A DNA stretch of 64,000 nt. Source: an uncultured candidate division Zixibacteria bacterium (lineage in GTDB: Bacteria > Zixibacteria > MSB-5A5 > GN15 > FEB-12). The DNA is taken from assembly GCA_963664195.1 (NCBI GenBank), contig OY760907.1, forward strand, positions 1,408,001 to 1,472,000, given 5' to 3'. Shown in pieces: positions 58,562 through 64,000 of this stretch; positions within the stretch are counted from its first letter, which is position 1; every line of letters starts with the position of its first letter. The translations under genes and the position numbers were made by a program. A model generated the notes under the pieces. That model worked only from the letters and a program-made list of their open reading frames with translations. It did not search any database and was not told the DNA's origin.

Positions 58562-58891
58562 TCAGCTTGCGAAGACTTGCTCTGAAAACTGATCTTCAAG
58601 CTCTTCGCGCTCAGCCCGCCAGGCCGCGGCGAATCTGCTAAGCCAATCCTTTACGGCATCGTTGCCGAGGTCCCGGCCGGCTTTCTCGGATTCGATCCAT
58701 TTATGTCTGAGGATTTCCTGGCGTTGTTGGGCCATCTCTTCTTTGAGTCGTTTGCGACGCCATCTGGTTGCCTGAGTTTGTTCCCAGCTCTCAGCGGCGT
58801 GGACGAGCGTAACCTCGATACCTTCGCGTTCCTTGAGAAAGGCGCGGTATGTGCGGATCGCTTTCATTTCTGCTGTCGAATACTTTTTCAT
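58562..58891 (-). CDS. Small protein with two tandem DUF4032-like modules
   Basis: EILRHKWIESEKAGRDLG..AVKDW matches the DUF4032 pattern. The first half, AIRTYRAFLKEREGIEVTLVHAAESW...WR, is a degenerate copy. Confidence 0.75.
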   Translation of the reverse strand: MKKYSTAEMKAIRTYRAFLKEREGIEVTLVHAAESWEQTQATRWRRKRLKEEMAQQRQEILRHKWIESEKAGRDLGNDAVKDWLSRFAAAWRAEREELEDQFSEQVFAS

Positions 58892-58974
58892 CCGTGGATC
58901 TTCGTGCAATAGCCTTGTTTCAAAGTTTATCGAGTTCAATGAAACACCGCCCTGTTGCTCTGTGATGAAGATAG

Positions 58975-59057
58975 TGCAAAAAAGGAAAAAAGCAAAAAAT
59001 AAACCCTGCGATATCTGAAGACCTGACGTGTTGTCGGTGCGATCATACCGCCGGGTT
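58975..59057 (-). terminator. Long hairpin plus U-tract terminator closing the repeat-array RNA
   Basis: Minus strand AACCCGGCGGTAT...ATATCGCAGGGTT followed by TATTTTTTGCTTTTTTCCTTTTTT. Confidence 0.6.
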
Positions 59058-59760
59058 CTGTTGCCCAGCATCCTGAAGTCGAGCGCGAAGTCTTCCTTGA
59101 GCCGGCATCCCCGGCTTTTTGGACCCGGCGGCAGAGGTTGTCATTCACGGCTGTCGGTGCGCTTCTGCCGCCGGTTCTTTTGGCCCAAACTGTTGCCCTG
59201 TGATTTGTCGTGTGCTCTGCTTCAGTTTCCGGAGTTCGGCGGCCTCTGCTGTCCCTGCGAGTAGCGAGTGTGACTCGACCGCCGGTCCCGTTGACCAACC
59301 CTGTTGTCCTTAACTCCGGTCCCTTGTGTGTGCTCTTGTTGGTTGGACCGCGGCCGCTGCTGTCCCAGCGAGTAGCGAGTGCGACTCGGCCGACGGTCCT
59401 TCTGTCCCAACTGTGCGCCCTCTTCACGTCAATTTTCGGAGCCCGGCGACCTCTGCTGTCCCTGCCAGAAGTTTGTGCTTCCGTGTCGCCGGTCTTGCTG
59501 TTCCTGCCCTGTGTGCAATGCTCCGTGCCCATCCCTGAGCTTGTTTTAGTAATCCGGCGGCCTCCGCTGTCCCTGCGAGTAGCGTCTGCTAATCCGCCGC
59601 CGGACACTCCGTATCGGCCTCTTGATGTCGTGCGTGTTGTCGATCTCAAGCCGAGGCCCCCTTTGCTATTCTGGAGTCTCCGGTGATGCCTAGTGTCGAG
59701 ACATGGTGTAGGTGTGCTCGCACCACCGGGTGCTCCAAACAGTCTTTCGTGATGTCTTGC
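58990..59760 (-). ncRNA. Putative large structured ncRNA with 4-5 repeated stem-loop units, GGA-rich (5' end uncertain)
   Basis: Core GGGACAGC (plus strand GCTGTCCC) at 59248, 59359, 59455 and 59566, each inside a different-sequence GC-rich stem. A hand count gives about 22 GGA on the minus strand versus 5 on the plus strand in 59071-59610. No credible ORF. Confidence 0.6.
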
Positions 59761-60188
59761 TAGTCGCTTTGCCCCTGACTGTAGTGCCAATAATCGGTGT
59801 TTATGACGTTTCGTCAATGAGGCTTAATTGCGTAGACAATACGTACCGCTCCTCCTGGCGGTCTCAGCCCCGATGGGCAGTAGTGGGTATGTGTCCGTAA
59901 GCAATTCAGGGTAAACGTGTTAGCCGGGGTCGCGAATGAGTATAAGACGGGTGATTATGGGGTAGGTTGCGGTACTATGACGGATACTGTCCCGGATAAA
60001 GTGGACCGCGCCGGATCATGCTCACGATTGCAGAAGTCAGACCGTTGAATTTTCTTACGTACCTGCAGTTTTCAACACTTCGGAAAACCCCGAAAAACAG
60101 TTTGATTTGCCCCGAAACAGGCTTCTGGCAGGCAGCACAGATTCCGTGGCTTCCGGTGCGGGGCGAGCTGGCCGCTTTTTACAATTCG

Positions 60189-60217
60189 TTGACAGGAGCA
60201 GGAAAATGGGCTATTAT
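60189..60217 (+). promoter_or_regulatory. Sigma-70-type promoter candidate
   Basis: TTGACA-17 nt-TATTAT upstream of CDS 60362. Confidence 0.6.
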
Positions 60218-60361
60218 GGATTGAGCACACCAGTACACTCGATTAGTGGCCCATTGAGAGGCCGACACGTTGATTCGTTATGCGAACGGCACCGTTGTCA
60301 CGTTGACTTGTCAAATCATACCTGCCTATGGCAGATCACATATTTCGCGGGAGAAGGTTTT

Positions 60362-62242
60362 ATGAAGAGAGTTGTAATATCAATTGCGATGATGATTGCA
60401 GTGAGTCTGCTGTTATCGACGGTGGCGTCTGGCCAGGACATGTTTGCACCCGCGGTCAATTATGCCACCGGAGATCACCCTTACTCTGTCTTTTCGATCG
60501 ATTTCAACGGCGACGGCAATAATGATCTGGTGACTGCGAACGCGGTTTCTGACGATGTTTCAATCCTGTTGGGCAATGGAGACGGAACTTTCCAGAGCGC
60601 GGTTAGCTATGCCGTCGGGGATGAGCCTAGCTCTGTTTTCTCGATTGATCTCGACGGCGATGGGGAGTATGATCTGGCGACTGCAAACTATATCTCTGAC
60701 AATGTTTCGATCCTATTGGGCAACGGCGACGGAACATTCCAGACGGCGGTTAATTACGCAGCCGGAAATCACCCATGGTCTATTTTCTCGATTGATTTGA
60801 ACGGCGACGGCAACAATGATCTGGCGACTGCGAACCCTCACACTGACAATGTCTCGATACTGCTGGGCAATGGGGACGGGACATTCCAGAGCGCGGTTTC
60901 CCATGCCGCCGGAGATTATGCTTACTCAGTTTTCTCGATTGATCTCAACGGCGACGGCAACAATGATCTGGCAACTGCAAACGATCACTCTAACAATGTT
61001 TCGATCCTGCTGGGCAATGGCGACGGAACGCTCCAGAGTGCGGTTAGCTATGCAGCCGGAGATGCTCCACGCTCAGTCCTTGCGATTGATTTCAATGGCG
61101 ACGGCAACAATGATCTGGCTACTGCGAACGAAGGCTCTGACAATGTTTCGATCCTGCTGGGCAATGGCGACGGGACATTCCAGAGTGCGGTTACCTTTAC
61201 CACAGGGGACGGGCCACACTCTGTTTTCTCGATTGATCTTGACGGCGATGGGAAGAATGATCTGGCGACTGCAAACTTCGACAGTGTCTCGGTCCTGCTG
61301 GGCAACGGCGACGGGACTTTCCAAGGTGCGGTTAACTACGCGGCGGGAGATGGCTCTCTCTCTGTTTTCTCGACTGATTTTAACAGCGATGGGTTCAATG
61401 ATCTTGTGACTGCCAACGGAAACTCTGAGAATGTCTCGATATTCCTCAACACAACTGTAATGGACACCGACGAGGATGGCATCCCCGACAGCGTCGACAA
61501 CTGCCCGGACGACTACAACCCGATGCAGGAAGACCGGGATCACGACGGCATTGGCGACGCATGTGACGATTGCGACTGCTGCAACTGTCCTACCCTCGGC
61601 AACGTCGACGGCAGTCCCGACTGTCTAGTCACCATGGGCGATCTTACCGTGCTGATCGATTATCTGTTCATAAGCCTTGATCCGTTGCTCTGTAATCAAG
61701 ATGGAAACGTGGATATGAGCGAGGACTGTCTCGTTACGATGAGTGATCTCACCGTGATAATCGATCACTTGTTCATCGGTCTGAGTCCGCTTCCGGCCTG
61801 CCCGGCATACGACTACGGGACACCCTCCCCGGAGTTCAACAGTGTCTCGGAGTGTCTGAATGAGCCGAGGAAAGACGCACCGTTCGAGCTGGGTTGCATC
61901 GACTGGTCGTGGAGTGCCGGGACGTTGAGTATTACGCACGTCAACGGCGGTTTCAATTGCTGTGTGGACATTGTGTCGGACGGGATTTACGTCAGCGGCA
62001 ACACAATCAGGATTTACGAGATTGACTCGACCATTGGTGATCCCTGCCCGTGTATGTGCTGCTATGACGTCAGCTACACGATCGAAAATGTGGCGCCCGA
62101 GGCGTACCGAATACTCGTCTACGAGCCGAACCTGTATCCTGCCGATGAGCATCTGGATATTGTGATTGACTTGATGGCTGAGCCCTCGGGACGCGTGTGC
62201 GTGGATCGCCACGAGTACCCCTGGGTGCAGTTCAAAGACTGA
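60362..62242 (+). CDS. Secreted FG-GAP/VCBS beta-propeller, TSP3 repeat, dockerin and Cys-rich C-terminal domain protein
   Basis: Signal peptide ending ASGQ. Seven ~49-aa repeats SVFSIDxxGDGxxDLATAN...VSILLGNGDGTFQ, DTDEDGIPDSVDNCP, dockerin VTMGDLTVLIDYLF/VTMSDLTVIIDHLF, then an FNCC...CPCMCCYD domain. Confidence 0.88.
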   Translation: MKRVVISIAMMIAVSLLLSTVASGQDMFAPAVNYATGDHPYSVFSIDFNGDGNNDLVTANAVSDDVSILLGNGDGTFQSAVSYAVGDEPSSVFSIDLDGDGEYDLATANYISDNVSILLGNGDGTFQTAVNYAAGNHPWSIFSIDLNGDGNNDLATANPHTDNVSILLGNGDGTFQSAVSHAAGDYAYSVFSIDLNGDGNNDLATANDHSNNVSILLGNGDGTLQSAVSYAAGDAPRSVLAIDFNGDGNNDLATANEGSDNVSILLGNGDGTFQSAVTFTTGDGPHSVFSIDLDGDGKNDLATANFDSVSVLLGNGDGTFQGAVNYAAGDGSLSVFSTDFNSDGFNDLVTANGNSENVSIFLNTTVMDTDEDGIPDSVDNCPDDYNPMQEDRDHDGIGDACDDCDCCNCPTLGNVDGSPDCLVTMGDLTVLIDYLFISLDPLLCNQDGNVDMSEDCLVTMSDLTVIIDHLFIGLSPLPACPAYDYGTPSPEFNSVSECLNEPRKDAPFELGCIDWSWSAGTLSITHVNGGFNCCVDIVSDGIYVSGNTIRIYEIDSTIGDPCPCMCCYDVSYTIENVAPEAYRILVYEPNLYPADEHLDIVIDLMAEPSGRVCVDRHEYPWVQFKD

Positions 62243-62264
62243 TAGAAACTAGTGTGAATTGTTT

Positions 62265-62297
62265 GGGCCGGTTCTTCACGGGACCGGCCCATTTTTG
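62265..62297 (+). terminator. Rho-independent terminator
   Basis: GGGCCGGTTC-ttcacg-GGACCGGCCC-ATTTTT. Confidence 0.8.
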
Positions 62298-62392
62298 TGC
62301 CGTTGGACGATCCCGTCCGACGGCATCAGCATACAGTGCCAGGATCTCTAAACCTACACCGGCACGAGTGAGCCACCGAGTCTACTAGGAGT

Positions 62393-62419
62393 GTCAAAAC
62401 TACAGGAGTTTTGACCTAC
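62393..62419 (-). repeat. GTAG-tagged REP-like palindrome, copy 3 (compensatory variant)
   Basis: Minus strand GTAG-GTCAAAAC-TCCTGTA-GTTTTGAC. A G-C pair of the 45851 copy is replaced by A-T. Confidence 0.7.
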
Positions 62420-62540
62420 CAGAACTACAACCCGGAAGTCCGGCATCCCATCCCGCCCCCAGGTGGGTTTGTCTTGTCTGATCCGGACATAACATGGTCG
62501 TCATCGTTGTATCGGGGGGATTCAAACCTGGCCAAAAAAA

Positions 62541-62616
62541 TGGCGACCCCTACGGGACTCGAACCCGTGTTGCCGCCGTGAAAGGGCGGAGTCCTAGACC
62601 ACTAGACGAAGGGGTC
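62541..62616 (-). tRNA. tRNA-Glu (anticodon TTC)
   Basis: GACCCCTTCGTCTAGTGGTCTAGGACTCCGCCCTTTCACGGCGGCAACACGGGTTCGAGTCCCGTAGGGGTCGCCA folds as a cloverleaf with a TTCGA loop and encoded CCA. Confidence 0.97.
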
Positions 62617-62640
62617 GTTTCTAGTGAAACAGAGAGACCT

Positions 62641-62668
62641 ATTATACGGGTTTTCCTCGACCTGTCAA
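62641..62668 (-). promoter_or_regulatory. Consensus sigma-70 promoter of tRNA-Glu
   Basis: Minus strand TTGACA-16 nt-TATAAT. Confidence 0.85.
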
Positions 62669-63137
62669 GAAGATATGACCTTATTGCACGGTAACTTGCG
62701 AAAATTGTTGGGGACAACCTTCAACATCATCCGCCTTGTGTCAAGCGAGTCCGGTCGTATTGGTCAATCTATAACTTACTGTCACACAGCATATTAATAC
62801 TGTTCGTAAATTCAGGTTGACATATCGCCCTGTTATATAGTAACTTAGAAGCACGAGTTCTTCGGTTCCCTGCGAGGTTTCTGACCGGGAGTCCGCTAAG
62901 GATGCGAGTCGTTCTGCGGAATGTCGCAAGGATGCGACCCGGCCGGAGCAAGCGCTTCACCGGTCTTCTTCCCCTTCGATAGTCCAGCCACTCGACAGTT
63001 CCGACATATTGAACCTGCGAAGAAACGTGGATACTCATGTCTGTGCTGCGAATGTGGTTTCTACGTTAGCGGTAGTGTATTCTCCTCACCACAGACTTGT
63101 AGTTGATTCCGGTTTGGTGCCTCCCCATACTTCTCCC

Positions 63138-64000
63138 GTGTTTACCGGTTCTAAGAAATTCGTCACGGTCGCGCTGTTCACCGCGATGCTTATCGTTCTG
63201 GTCAATCTCGCCTGGTGGTTCTACTACGAGAAGACCGAGCAGCTTCTCGACCAGCAACTCAGCCGTCGATTGGCAGCGGTCGCGCAGACAGCAGCCACGG
63301 CACTCGACCCTGCCGCGATCGATCAGCTTGCCGAGGGCAGTCTGGACGGTTATCTCGACGTCATTGAGGTACTGCGGTCGGTGCGTGAGTCTGATTCGTT
63401 ATCGGACGTGTTTATCCTCGATGAAGGCTACAGTTATCTTGCTACCACCATGCTTGAGACGGACTCCGTCTATTTTCTTGCTGAATTGAACTCACCGCAA
63501 ATAGACTCGCTGTTTTTCGGTGAAGCGATCGGCGCAATCCTGACTCCCACGTACCAGAGCGGCACCCTGTTTCTCAAGACAGCGTTTGCGCCCCTGTACG
63601 GCGAGGAAGGATTCGTGGTTGCCGTGCTCGGGGTCGAGGCGAATGTCGACTATTTCGACGCCCTCAACGAACTTCGCCAAAACCTCAGGTATGCCACCGG
63701 ACTTTCGCTGGTAGGTGGCCTGGTGCTGGGCCTTCTCTTTCTTCTGCTCCAGCGGCGGATCAATCGGGCGGAACAGCAGTTGTTCCTCGGCCAAACACAC
63801 GCCCACCTGGGGCGGATGGTAGCGGTCGTAGCGCATGAGTTGAAAAACCCGCTGATGATAATCCGCGGCTCGGCGGAGCGTATCACCCGTAAGACAGAAA
63901 TGCCCGAAGCGGCGTATGTCGTGGAGGAAATCGACCGGCTCGACGGTATCGTCACCGGCTATCTCGATTTCGCTCGTTCAGGCGGCTCGCTCCTCGCCGG
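63138..64000 (+). CDS. Membrane sensor histidine kinase (3'-partial; absent from the ORF track)
   Basis: GTG 63138 opens MFTGSKKFVTVALFTAMLIVLVNLAWWFYY..., a periplasmic domain, a second TM, and the H-box LGRMVAVVAHELKNPL...EEIDRL...YLDFAR. The frame is open to the window end. Confidence 0.9.
   Translation, partial: MFTGSKKFVTVALFTAMLIVLVNLAWWFYYEKTEQLLDQQLSRRLAAVAQTAATALDPAAIDQLAEGSLDGYLDVIEVLRSVRESDSLSDVFILDEGYSYLATTMLETDSVYFLAELNSPQIDSLFFGEAIGAILTPTYQSGTLFLKTAFAPLYGEEGFVVAVLGVEANVDYFDALNELRQNLRYATGLSLVGGLVLGLLFLLLQRRINRAEQQLFLGQTHAHLGRMVAVVAHELKNPLMIIRGSAERITRKTEMPEAAYVVEEIDRLDGIVTGYLDFARSGGSLLA

Noticed and set aside
59120..59610. CRISPR array interpretation of the 59-kb repeats
   Set aside because: Units are about 50-55 nt, degenerate, conserved in structure more than sequence, irregularly spaced, and no cas gene is in the window.
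58936..59817. 293-aa minus-strand ORF and 158-aa plus-strand ORF (59210-59686) over the array
   Set aside because: Low-complexity R/T/G or L/P/V/S translations with no RBS or recognisable domain. The 293-aa ORF runs through a terminator. They are best explained by GC-rich structured repeats.
60107..60361. Longest-ORF N-terminal extensions (also 25481, 32074, 35698, 38527, 42285, 59071)
   Set aside because: Downstream starts fit better with RBS, promoter or signal-peptide positions, and the extensions overlap neighbouring genes, promoters or terminators.
59900..62616. tRNA-Glu-anchored genomic island or prophage
   Set aside because: No integrase and no direct repeat of the tRNA 3' end. GGGGTCGC near 59926 is short and in the wrong orientation.
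62860..63025. Cobalamin riboswitch or 6S RNA call
   Set aside because: Only fragmentary resemblance (GGTTC, GCCACT, ACCTGC). The conserved GGGAA/B12-box and the 6S central bubble could not be supported.

Overview
Bacterial chromosomal window, probably from candidate division Zixibacteria or a related FCB-associated lineage. This is inferred from the many secreted proteins combining dockerin-like duplicated Ca-loops, cohesin-like domains and a C-terminal NYPNPFNP...KMMLLK sorting domain. Region 1-23.2 kb is a + strand cluster of large acidic surface proteins, including a 1905-aa protein with six near-identical 279-bp repeats and a lysine-free mature chain. Region 23.4-41.3 kb holds a GH35-like protein that appears to lack its nucleophile, ggt, a bactofilin-like membrane protein, cstA, a GAF-GGDEF cyclase, nagZ, anmK, SpoIID/LytB, OmpA, a 2H phosphoesterase, a tetraheme cytochrome c, a GT4 and a class V PLP enzyme. 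Region 41.5-56.1 kb holds two more cohesin/sorting-domain proteins, an ICMT/MarR pair, P5C dehydrogenase and alpha-2-macroglobulin/pbpC behind a candidate sigma-54 enhancer promoter. Region 56.1-64 kb holds REP-like palindromes, two paralogous lipoproteins, a DUF4032-like gene, an FG-GAP/dockerin protein, tRNA-Glu and a partial histidine kinase. The most unusual element is a roughly 0.7-0.8 kb minus-strand, GGA-rich, apparently non-coding array of covarying stem-loop repeats at about 59.0-59.7 kb, closed by a terminator and followed by the tandem-DUF4032 gene. It could be a CsrB-like sponge or an RNA-array/protein system. All family calls come from motif recognition by eye; no searches were run.
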